DNA from: Acidimicrobiales bacterium
Lineage (GTDB): Bacteria > Actinomycetota > Acidimicrobiia > Acidimicrobiales > CATQHL01
Length of the DNA stretch: 64,000 bases
NCBI GenBank assembly: GCA_965204655.1
Contig: OZ241998.1
Span: forward strand, 44,427 to 108,426
Direction of reading: 5' to 3'
The number at the start of each line of letters is the position of its first letter. Position 1 is the first letter of the stretch. The notes below the pieces were generated by a model. It did not search any database. It was not told the origin of the DNA and saw only the letters and a list, made by a program, of their open reading frames with translations. The translations under genes and the position numbers were made by a program. This document shows, in pieces, positions 56,586-64,000 of this stretch.

Positions 56586-57756
56586 GATCTCGTTCAAGGG
56601 CGTAGGGAAGACCTACGGAGATGGAACCGTGGCAGTGCACATGGTCGACTTGGAGGTCTCCGACGGCGAGTTCATGGTGCTCGTCGGTCCCTCTGGTTGC
56701 GGAAAGTCCACGCTCCTGAGAATGCTGGCTGGTCTCGAGGCGATTACCGAGGGGGAAATACTCATTGACGGCGAGGTAGTGAACAAAGTACACCCTCGAG
56801 ACCGAGACGTCGCCATGGTCTTTCAGAACTACGCCCTCTACCCGCACATGAGTGTTTTTGCCAACATGGCCTTTCCGCTCCGTCAAGCCAAAAAGTCGAA
56901 GGCCGAGATAACGGAACGCGTGGAGGAGGTGGCGAGCATCCTGCAGCTCTCCGAGCACCTCAAGCGTCGGCCGGCCAACCTTTCGGGGGGTCAACGGCAG
57001 CGCGTAGCAATCGGTCGGGCCATCGTGCGTGAGCCCAAGGCATTCTTGCTCGACGAACCCCTTTCCAACCTTGACGCCAAGCTCAGGGTGCAGATGCGGG
57101 GTGAGTTGGCGCAACTTCACACCGATCTGGGTGTGACGACGATCTTCGTGACCCACGATCAGGTGGAGGCGATGACCTTGGGGCAGAGGGTGGCGGTGCT
57201 GTCCGACGGCGAACTGCACCAAGTCGGCACTCCCCACGACCTCTATTACAATCCGGCCGACCTGTTCGTGGCGGGGTTTATAGGAAGTCCCTCAATGAAC
57301 CTGCTGCGAACCGAATTGCAGCGGGAAGGCGAGGAGTGGAGGCTCGCACTGGAAAGTTCTGGCTCATTGCCCCTGCCCCAAGAATTACCCGTGACCCAGA
57401 GACTGGAGCGGATCATTGGGCGTGAAGAGTTAAATGGGGAGTTGATCGCGGGCGTGAGACCGGAGTCGATCCTGTTGCTGACCCCAGGCGACGGGAGAGC
57501 CGCGGGCCTGCCGCGTGGCAGGGTGAAGTTGACAGAAGTCATAGAGCCGGAAATGTACGTGTACATCGAAGGAAGCTTTTCCCTGGTGGATCCGAGCGAC
57601 CCCGAAGATGGGGACAGCAATACCTTGGTAGCCCGTCTGCCTTCTACTAGCGCCATAAGCGCTGGGGACGAAGTGGCTGTAGGGTATGAGGGAGAGAGCT
57701 TGTACCTGTTTTCCTCCCAAGGGGGTAGAGCATTGCGATGGCTGCTAAACGGGTAG
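56578..57756 (+). CDS. sugar ABC transporter ATP-binding protein (MalK/UgpC/MsiK-like)
   Basis: GPSGCGKST, LSGGQRQRVAIGRA, FLLDEPLSNLD, plus a C-terminal regulatory (TOBE-like) domain. Confidence 0.9.
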   Translation: MSEISFKGVGKTYGDGTVAVHMVDLEVSDGEFMVLVGPSGCGKSTLLRMLAGLEAITEGEILIDGEVVNKVHPRDRDVAMVFQNYALYPHMSVFANMAFPLRQAKKSKAEITERVEEVASILQLSEHLKRRPANLSGGQRQRVAIGRAIVREPKAFLLDEPLSNLDAKLRVQMRGELAQLHTDLGVTTIFVTHDQVEAMTLGQRVAVLSDGELHQVGTPHDLYYNPADLFVAGFIGSPSMNLLRTELQREGEEWRLALESSGSLPLPQELPVTQRLERIIGREELNGELIAGVRPESILLLTPGDGRAAGLPRGRVKLTEVIEPEMYVYIEGSFSLVDPSDPEDGDSNTLVARLPSTSAISAGDEVAVGYEGESLYLFSSQGGRALRWLLNG

Positions 57757-57778
57757 TCAAATTACGGGAAGGTCGTTC

Positions 57779-58348
57779 ATGAACGCTGCCGGGAGCGCTG
57801 CCGGATCGATAAACGGCTTCAGCCACGCCGGCGTGACCGTTGCCGACTTGGATCGTTCCATCCGCTTCTACGAACTGCTGGGGTTTGAGGTCGCCGCCCG
57901 CTGGGTGCGAACCGAGGACTACCTCCGTGAGTTGGTGGGTTATCCCACGGTAGAGATGCACGCCGCCGTGCTTCGCCATGACGCTTGTGATGTGTTCCTG
58001 GAACTCTTGGAGTACCGCAACATTTCGTCCGTAAGCATCGACCCGGCCAACGGCAACCCAGGCACAAGCCACTTCTGCCTCTTCGTGGACGGCTTTGAGG
58101 AGCTTTGGGAGAGGCTCGTTGCCGCCGGCGTGGATTCCGTCAGCGGGCCGGTTACGCCCACCGTCGGCCCCAATAAGGGCTCTCTGGCGGTCTACCTCAT
58201 CGATCCAGACGGGCACCGCGTGGAACTAGTTGAAACGCCGCGCAATCTTGACGGGTCGTTGCGCTCTCTATCCTCGGGGTCTTCGCGGTCTTCGGTCAGA
58301 GATGAACCTCCGTTATCCGCCGCAACTGCAGGAAGGAAAGATGGCTGA
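57779..58348 (+). CDS. VOC (glyoxalase/bleomycin resistance/dioxygenase) family protein
   Basis: FSHAGVTVADLDRSIRFY ... TSHFCLFV ... DPDGHRVELVE, typical of the VOC fold. Confidence 0.75.
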   Translation: MNAAGSAAGSINGFSHAGVTVADLDRSIRFYELLGFEVAARWVRTEDYLRELVGYPTVEMHAAVLRHDACDVFLELLEYRNISSVSIDPANGNPGTSHFCLFVDGFEELWERLVAAGVDSVSGPVTPTVGPNKGSLAVYLIDPDGHRVELVETPRNLDGSLRSLSSGSSRSSVRDEPPLSAATAGRKDG

Positions 58349-59204
58349 GTCGACTCCGCTCGTTCCGCTTGACGAACTGGAGACTTTTGCTCAGGGTCTG
58401 GATCACCCCGAAGGTATTTGCCTAGCCCCTAACGGTTGTCTCTACGTGGGAGGCGAAGCAGGCCAGTTGTATCGGATCACAGACGACGATAACCCCGAGG
58501 AGATCGCCAACACCGGCGGGTTCATGTTGGGTTTGGCCGCAGACGCCGAAAGCAACGTCTACGCCATAGACAACGTCCACAAGACGGTGTGGAGATTCTC
58601 CCCGGACGGCAGGGATAAGGAGGTCTTCACTCGGGGGAACGCCGAGCGTTCGCTTGGGGTTCCGAACTGGGGAGCCTTCGACAGCGCCGGGAACTACTAC
58701 CTGACGGACTCTGGCGGCTGGGGGCAGTCCGACGGCTTCATCTGGGTGGTTCGGCCCGGCGGCGCAGCGTCGGTCTGGTCGCAGGAGTCCTCTTTTTTCC
58801 CCAACGGGTGCGCGCTGGCGGCCGACGATTCCTGTCTTTACGTCGTAGAGAGTTATCCAGGGGCGATCGTTTCCATTCCGATTTTGGGAGACGGCTCGGC
58901 TGGGCGGCGGAAGGTGCTATGCGAGTTGGGCGTGGTCGTGCCCGACGGCGTAGCGGTTACTACCGACAGCTCGCTCGTCGTGTCTTGCTACCGTCCTGAC
59001 GTCGTTTATGTGTGGCATCCGGACGCCGGCCTGCGGGTGCTGGCGGAGGATCCTCGGGGCACTGTCCTGTCTGCGCCCACAAACGCTGTGTTCGTCGGCG
59101 CAGACCTAGACACGATCGTCGTGCCAAATCTGGGGCGCTGGCACTTGACGCGTTTCCGAACTTCGTACAGGGGTGTCGGGCTGCATTACCCCGCCTTCGA
59201 CTGA
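58341..59204 (+). CDS. SMP-30/gluconolactonase/LRE-family lactonase
   Basis: Start taken at the ATG at 58341. Six-bladed propeller-like repeats (GLDHPEGI, PNGCAL, VPDGVAV) are typical of SMP-30 lactonases. Confidence 0.75.
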   Translation: MAESTPLVPLDELETFAQGLDHPEGICLAPNGCLYVGGEAGQLYRITDDDNPEEIANTGGFMLGLAADAESNVYAIDNVHKTVWRFSPDGRDKEVFTRGNAERSLGVPNWGAFDSAGNYYLTDSGGWGQSDGFIWVVRPGGAASVWSQESSFFPNGCALAADDSCLYVVESYPGAIVSIPILGDGSAGRRKVLCELGVVVPDGVAVTTDSSLVVSCYRPDVVYVWHPDAGLRVLAEDPRGTVLSAPTNAVFVGADLDTIVVPNLGRWHLTRFRTSYRGVGLHYPAFD

Positions 59205-59245
59205 TTGAAGGCTGAGACGCTTAGAAATCAAAGACGTTTAGGCAG

Positions 59246-60100
59246 GTGGACGTGAGTAAAGAAGCGCCGGGGGCGAAGACGCCGGACTCGGAAGCGCCGG
59301 AGGATCAGGCGCCGGAAGATTACGTGCCGGAGGGCTACGTATCCACCCTGTTCGATTTCACAGGACGGATCGTGCTGGTAACCGGCGGCGCCAGCGGTCT
59401 GGGAGAGGCCGTCGTCCTTGGTTTCGCCCACAGCGGTGCGATGGTCGTGATTCTCGACAAGGACGCCCCCCGCGCCGAGAGCCTCGTCCGGAGCGCCGAG
59501 CATCGAGGGCGTCTGGAGTTCATAGAGACCGACGTGACTGTGCGCGACTCCGTGGAGAGCGCCGTGGCCAGCGTGCTAGACGCCCACGGCGCAGTCGATG
59601 TCCTAGTCAACAGCGCCGGCACTGCCGCCCGGCACCCAGCCTTGGACTTCCCCGACGAGGAGTGGGAACGGGTGCTGCGTCTGAACCTCTGGGGAACCTG
59701 GCTTCCCTGCCAAGTGGCGGGGCGCGCTATGACGAAGCGTCGCAGCGGGTGCATCATTAACATCGCTTCTATCGGCGCTAGCCGCGTCTATCCGGAGGCT
59801 ACGGCGTACCTCCAGAGCAAAGGAGCCGTGACGCAGATGACTCGCAGTCTGGCGCTGGAGTGGATTCCCTACGGCGTGCGGGTGAACGCCATCGCCCCCG
59901 CTCTGTTCGACACCCCGCTGGTGCGTGCGTCCGATTCCGCCCGCAGCCTTACGAGTGATTTCATAATGGCCAGAACACCCATCGGGCGGCGGGGGCTGCC
60001 CCGTGAGATGATTGCTCCAGCACTCTTTCTTGCCAGTCCTGGCGCTTCAATGGTGACCGGTCATGTTCTGAGCGTAGACGGGGGGTATCTGACGGCATGA
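59246..60100 (+). CDS. SDR-family oxidoreductase
   Basis: VTGGASGLGEA, NSAG, and S...YLQSK catalytic residues. Confidence 0.85.
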   Translation: MDVSKEAPGAKTPDSEAPEDQAPEDYVPEGYVSTLFDFTGRIVLVTGGASGLGEAVVLGFAHSGAMVVILDKDAPRAESLVRSAEHRGRLEFIETDVTVRDSVESAVASVLDAHGAVDVLVNSAGTAARHPALDFPDEEWERVLRLNLWGTWLPCQVAGRAMTKRRSGCIINIASIGASRVYPEATAYLQSKGAVTQMTRSLALEWIPYGVRVNAIAPALFDTPLVRASDSARSLTSDFIMARTPIGRRGLPREMIAPALFLASPGASMVTGHVLSVDGGYLTA

Positions 60101-61251
60101 ACTCCAATGGCGGCGAGCGCATAGAGGCCGTTGACGTCTGCATTGTGCGGGCGTCGGTGCCGGAGGTGATCAGATTCGGCGCTTGGGTGATGGAGTACCG
60201 GGAGTTTGCGCTGGTGCGGGTTCGTACCCAGGGAGGGCTGTGCGGCTACGCCTTCACGCTCACCCGCGACGGCCCTATTGCTGAGATGATCGGCAACTAC
60301 ATCGGGCCTCGATACATAGGGCGCGACCCGTCGTCGCCGAAGAGCATTTTCGCCGACGTGCAGCGTTCTAACATGTCGTGTCTGGCCTCCGGTATAGGGC
60401 TTCGGGCGCTCTCCCTGGTTGATTTGGCTGCCTGGGACGTCGCAGCCAAGCTGGCCGGACGCCCCATGGCCGAGTTTCTAGGCGGGAAGCCCGCCCGGAT
60501 GCCGGTAACCGCGATAGTCGGATATCCGCCCACGCTCCAGCCGCAGGAAGTGTGCGAGCAGGTTCACGGGCTGTATGAGCAGGGCTGGAGGTTCTTCAAG
60601 TTGCCTATGGCGTCGGATCTGGATACTGCCAAGGCTCGTCTGGAGGCCGCGGCTTCGGTGAGCGGCGACATCGAAGTTTCCTGCGATGGTGCTTGGATGT
60701 TCGATTCAGCCGCCGAAGCAGCGGCTTTCCTGCAGAGTCTGGACTGCGAACTGGGCTGGTTTGAAGATCCGTTTCCTCCCGGCAACGCCCGCGTCGTCGC
60801 AGAGTTGAGGAGACGTTCTCCTTTCCCGATCGCCTTCGGCGACGAGCAGGGAGGGGCTCACTACCCGGAGTCGCTGCTGGCGCACCAGGCGGTGGACATA
60901 GTACGAGTGGACGCAACTTGCATGGGCGGATTGAGTTCGCTGCCGGCGATTCTTGAGCAGGTTTCAGCAGCAGGTGTCCGCTTTGAACCCCACATGAACG
61001 CCCATGTTCACTCGCAAATTTTTGCTGGACTTGGCCACGCCGACGTCCGGCTGGAGTGGGGGGTGCCCACCACGGGAGTGGATCAGTTCGCCGATTCCCT
61101 CCTGCGCCCTGTAGTGAGCGGCGGCTTGATGCAGCCTCTGGAGGTTGAAGCAGGATTTGGGACGCTGGTAAACCCCGACTGGGTGCGCGCCCAGCCGCAC
61201 AACGACCCGGCGGGAATTCTGGATGAAGCCTCCGATCAAGGCGCCGGATGA
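60097..61251 (+). CDS. enolase-superfamily enzyme (mandelate racemase / acid-sugar dehydratase-like)
   Basis: FKLP, then metal-ligand contexts SCDGAW, WFEDPF and FGDEQ, followed by DIVRVD, as in MR/MLE members. ATGA overlap with the upstream SDR gene. Confidence 0.8.
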   Translation: MNSNGGERIEAVDVCIVRASVPEVIRFGAWVMEYREFALVRVRTQGGLCGYAFTLTRDGPIAEMIGNYIGPRYIGRDPSSPKSIFADVQRSNMSCLASGIGLRALSLVDLAAWDVAAKLAGRPMAEFLGGKPARMPVTAIVGYPPTLQPQEVCEQVHGLYEQGWRFFKLPMASDLDTAKARLEAAASVSGDIEVSCDGAWMFDSAAEAAAFLQSLDCELGWFEDPFPPGNARVVAELRRRSPFPIAFGDEQGGAHYPESLLAHQAVDIVRVDATCMGGLSSLPAILEQVSAAGVRFEPHMNAHVHSQIFAGLGHADVRLEWGVPTTGVDQFADSLLRPVVSGGLMQPLEVEAGFGTLVNPDWVRAQPHNDPAGILDEASDQGAG

Positions 61252-61318
61252 GACCGCCGATGCGGGCAGTACGTTTGATCCTGGCAAGCCGTTCGGGTTT
61301 GATTCCTGCGGCAGGTCT

Positions 61319-61834
61319 ATGACGAGCAAGCGAATCTTCGAGGCCCGGGAGCAGCGTTACGGCGGATGGCTGGAGGATTACCAGGTAGGCGACGAATACC
61401 GCCACTGGCCAGGCAAGACGATTACCGACGCTGAGAACCATCTTTTTTGCCTTCTTACGATGGCGGCCAGCCCGCTGCATGTGGATGACGTCTACAGCGC
61501 GCGTCACGGCGGGCCGTTTGAGCGGACGGTGGTCGTGGGTTCATACGTCTACTCGCTGCTGTTGGGGATGAGCGTGGCGGACATCTCCGGGCGGGCGCTG
61601 GCCAACTTGGGCACAACCGACCTGCGTCACACTTCCCCCGTTTATCCGGGGGACACGCTCTATGGAGCGTCTACTGTCTTAGAGGTCCGTCCGAGCCGTT
61701 CACGCCCCGACGCCGGCATCCTCACGGTGAGGACCGTGGGGCGGAATCAAGACGGCGTGGAAGTGGCTGGTTTTGTTCGCTCAGTGATGCTCCCGAGGCA
61801 GGAGTCCAGCGAGAAAACCCCTGAAAATGCCTGA
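61319..61834 (+). CDS. MaoC-like (R)-hydratase/dehydratase hotdog protein
   Basis: Start taken at the ATG at 61319. YQVGDEY...TITDAENHLFCLLT...PLHVD is typical of MaoC dehydratases. Confidence 0.75.
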   Translation: MTSKRIFEAREQRYGGWLEDYQVGDEYRHWPGKTITDAENHLFCLLTMAASPLHVDDVYSARHGGPFERTVVVGSYVYSLLLGMSVADISGRALANLGTTDLRHTSPVYPGDTLYGASTVLEVRPSRSRPDAGILTVRTVGRNQDGVEVAGFVRSVMLPRQESSEKTPENA

Positions 61835-63092
61835 AGGCGCGCTCTCAGATCTGCGCGTGATCGATATGGCCACGGTGATCGCCGGCCCCGGCGCGGCCAA
61901 ACTCTTCGCAGACTTAGGCGCCGACGTGATAAAGGTGGAATCTCCGAGCGGGGATTCCGTGAGGAGGATGGGCTGGCGCCCCGAAGGGTCAGAATCTGAC
62001 GGAGACGACGCCGACGGAGACGACTCCTACTTCTGGAAGTTGCAGGGGCGCGGCAAGCGCTCCGTTGTTCTGGACTTGAAGACTCCCTCCGGCAAGGACG
62101 TCATGCTGCGTCTCCTTGACACGTCGGATCTGCTCGTCGAAAACCTGCGTCCAGGCAAGCTGGAAGCCCTTGGTTTGTCCCCCCAAGTCCTGCATGAGCG
62201 CAATCCTCGACTGGTCATCCTGCGAATCACCGGCTTTGGCCAGAGCGGCCCTTACTCCATGCGCCCGGGGTTCGCGACCTTGGCCGAAGCGCTCAGCGGC
62301 TATTCGGCCATCAGCGGTTCAGCCGACGGCCCTCCGCTCCTTCCCCCCGTGGCGCTGACTGACGAACTCACCGGCACCATCGGGGCGTTTGCCGCCATGG
62401 CGGCCATCTGGGAGGCGCGTCGCAGCGGTCAAGGTCAGGAGATCGATCTTTCTCTGGTGGATTCCCTGCTGCACGTAATGGGGCCGCTCCCCTCGGCGTA
62501 CGCCCACCTGGGCTACCTGCAGCCTCGGCTGGGGTCGGGCATTCCTTACACAGTCCCCCGAGGCACCTATGAGTGTTCGGACGGTCGCTGGGTAGCCATT
62601 TCCACCTCAAGCGACAGCGTGGCTGCTCGCTTGCTGGAACTCATCGGATCCGGGGACGACGAGAGGTTCTCAACTTTCGCAGGGCGGTTCGCCAACAGGG
62701 ACGAACTGGAGGGTTTAGTGGCGGGTTGGGTGAGCGCTCACACCAGCGAGGAGGTCATCCGTTTGCTCAACGAGGCAGACGCTGCCGTTGCGCCGGTCTA
62801 CACCATGGCGGATCTGATCGAAGACGAGCACTTCAAACAGAGAGAGACGTTCGTTGAAGTTGACGGCGTCTTGATGCAATCTGTCGCCCCGAAGTTTTCG
62901 CGCACCCCGGGGCAGGTGAAGTTCGCTGGCAGAGCGTTGGGAGCAGACACAGAGGAGGTGCTGGCCGAATTGGAAGTCTGCGAGCCGACCGCCCCCTCTC
63001 GCTTAGGGGGGGAGCGAGAGGGGGAGCGAGGCTCGGATCGACCAGGGAATCCGGTACAGAAAGACCCCAAGATCAAAAAAAGGAAAGGTTGA
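61827..63092 (+). CDS. type III (CaiB/BaiF-family) CoA-transferase
   Basis: LSDLRVIDMATVIAGP.AAKLFADLGADVIKVE ... ENLRPG ... TD (catalytic Asp context ALTDELTG). Confidence 0.85.
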   Translation: MPEGALSDLRVIDMATVIAGPGAAKLFADLGADVIKVESPSGDSVRRMGWRPEGSESDGDDADGDDSYFWKLQGRGKRSVVLDLKTPSGKDVMLRLLDTSDLLVENLRPGKLEALGLSPQVLHERNPRLVILRITGFGQSGPYSMRPGFATLAEALSGYSAISGSADGPPLLPPVALTDELTGTIGAFAAMAAIWEARRSGQGQEIDLSLVDSLLHVMGPLPSAYAHLGYLQPRLGSGIPYTVPRGTYECSDGRWVAISTSSDSVAARLLELIGSGDDERFSTFAGRFANRDELEGLVAGWVSAHTSEEVIRLLNEADAAVAPVYTMADLIEDEHFKQRETFVEVDGVLMQSVAPKFSRTPGQVKFAGRALGADTEEVLAELEVCEPTAPSRLGGEREGERGSDRPGNPVQKDPKIKKRKG

Positions 63093-63095
63093 GAC

Positions 63096-63425
63096 GTGGG
63101 CGAAGCGGGCGACGGAGATACGCCCAAGGGGGAAGAGTACCTTGTGCACATAGAGGTGAACTGGCCTCCGGACGGCGACGAAGAACTCAAGGCGAACCTG
63201 GTTGACGCCGAGAGAGCCCGCGCCCAGGAACTCATTGCCGAGGGGGTTCTCTGCCGCCTCTGGCGGGTGCCGGGACGCTGGGCGAACTGGGGAGTCTGGA
63301 GGGTCGCCAGCGCCGACGAACTGCACCAGGCGCTGTCGTCTCTGCCGTTCTTCCCCTGGCTTGACATAGAGGTGTTTCCGCTGGCTGCCCATCCGTCCGA
63401 CCCTGGCGGCGGGAAGAAAGGATGA
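63096..63425 (+). CDS. muconolactone delta-isomerase-like protein
   Basis: EYLVHIEV.......A.E.....EL...G....LWRV.G...N.G...V.S..ELH..L.SLP...W......PL..HP matches the muconolactone isomerase pattern. Confidence 0.7.
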   Translation: MGEAGDGDTPKGEEYLVHIEVNWPPDGDEELKANLVDAERARAQELIAEGVLCRLWRVPGRWANWGVWRVASADELHQALSSLPFFPWLDIEVFPLAAHPSDPGGGKKG

Positions 63426-64000
63426 CCTTTCCCTCGGATCTCGAAATTGCGAACTCGGCGCGGATCAGACCGCTGCCGGAAGTCGCCCGCGACGCAGGCA
63501 TCCCCCCGGAGTTTCTAGAGCCTTACGGAAGAGGAGCGGCCAAGGTCTCCCTGGAGGCGGCAGAGCGGATGGACGACCGCCCCCAAGCGGCCTACGTGGT
63601 GGTATCGGCCATCACGCCTACTCCGCTGGGGGAAGGCAAGACCACCACGACGGTGGGCTTGGGGCAGGCGTTTTCCCACATCGGACGCTCGGCCACTATC
63701 GCAATCCGCCAACCCTCCATGGGGCCGACGTTCGGCATCAAAGGAGGCGCTGCGGGGGGCGGATACAGCCAGGTCGTGCCGATGGACATCCTTAACCTGC
63801 ACCTCACCGGCGACATGCACGCCGTGACCGCTGCGCACAACATGTGCTCTGCTCAACTCGACGCCCATCTCCATCACGGCAACGAGTTGGGGCTTGATCT
63901 GCACTCGATCACCTGGCGGCGCGTCCTCGACGTCAACGACCGCTCCCTGCGGAACGTAGTGATCGGCCTGGGAGGGCGGCTGGACGGCGTTGTTCGAGAG
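63422..64000 (+). CDS. fhs: formate--tetrahydrofolate ligase, N-terminal part (continues past the right edge)
   Basis: SDLEIA......I..VA...GI ... ITPTPLGEGKTTTTVGL ... IRQPSMGPTFGIKGGAAGGGYSQV.PM....LH.TGD.HA. Confidence 0.9.
   Translation, partial: MTFPSDLEIANSARIRPLPEVARDAGIPPEFLEPYGRGAAKVSLEAAERMDDRPQAAYVVVSAITPTPLGEGKTTTTVGLGQAFSHIGRSATIAIRQPSMGPTFGIKGGAAGGGYSQVVPMDILNLHLTGDMHAVTAAHNMCSAQLDAHLHHGNELGLDLHSITWRRVLDVNDRSLRNVVIGLGGRLDGVVRE

Noticed and set aside
56515-57237. 240-aa minus-strand ORF opposite the sugar ABC ATPase gene (and similarly 60605..61507, 24235..24912, 53658..54278)
   Set aside because: They are antisense to genes with unambiguous Walker/ABC, enolase-superfamily, LigA or permease motifs, and I see no independent signal.

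Overview
High-GC bacterial chromosome segment, by gene content probably a monoderm Actinomycetota, possibly Acidimicrobiia-like (inference only). Housekeeping genes: dxs (partial), tldD/pmbA, uppP, mtnP, plsY, moeA-moaA-moaC, glpX, murA, a NifS-like desulfurase with mnmA, ligA, proS, fhs (partial), tRNA-Ala(CGC) and tRNA-Leu(UAA). Three accessory blocks stand out. (1) Directly after tRNA-Leu sits a translationally coupled pair, a lipoprotein and a 759-aa secreted cysteine-rich protein whose 3' third falls to about 27-38 % GC. (2) A co-directional minus-strand gene train of about 17 kb (29.5-46.5 kb) starts with a divergent Tad/Flp-type pilus locus: CpaB-like, ParA-like with a degenerate P-loop, CpaF, TadB, TadC, two non-Flp pilin paralogs, and three TadE/TadG-like proteins, with an A24 peptidase encoded divergently. 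It continues into a 936-aa TM/LysM-like/proline-rich protein with a degenerate FtsK-like C-terminus, a coupled type-1 PBP lipoprotein and a NitT/TauT ABC importer. (3) A sugar ABC importer with an oxidative sugar-acid catabolic cluster (51-63.4 kb) that ends in an unusual MaoC / CoA-transferase / muconolactone-isomerase-like tail. Other oddities: ligA with a tandemly duplicated HhH domain, a J-domain fused to an alpha/beta hydrolase, an AT-rich triple direct repeat next to a C8/G20 inverted repeat upstream of proS, and several G-tract and short-repeat intergenic motifs. I found no CRISPR array, rRNA, transposase, integrase or recognisable phage genes. All assignments come from reading motifs by eye; no database search was run.
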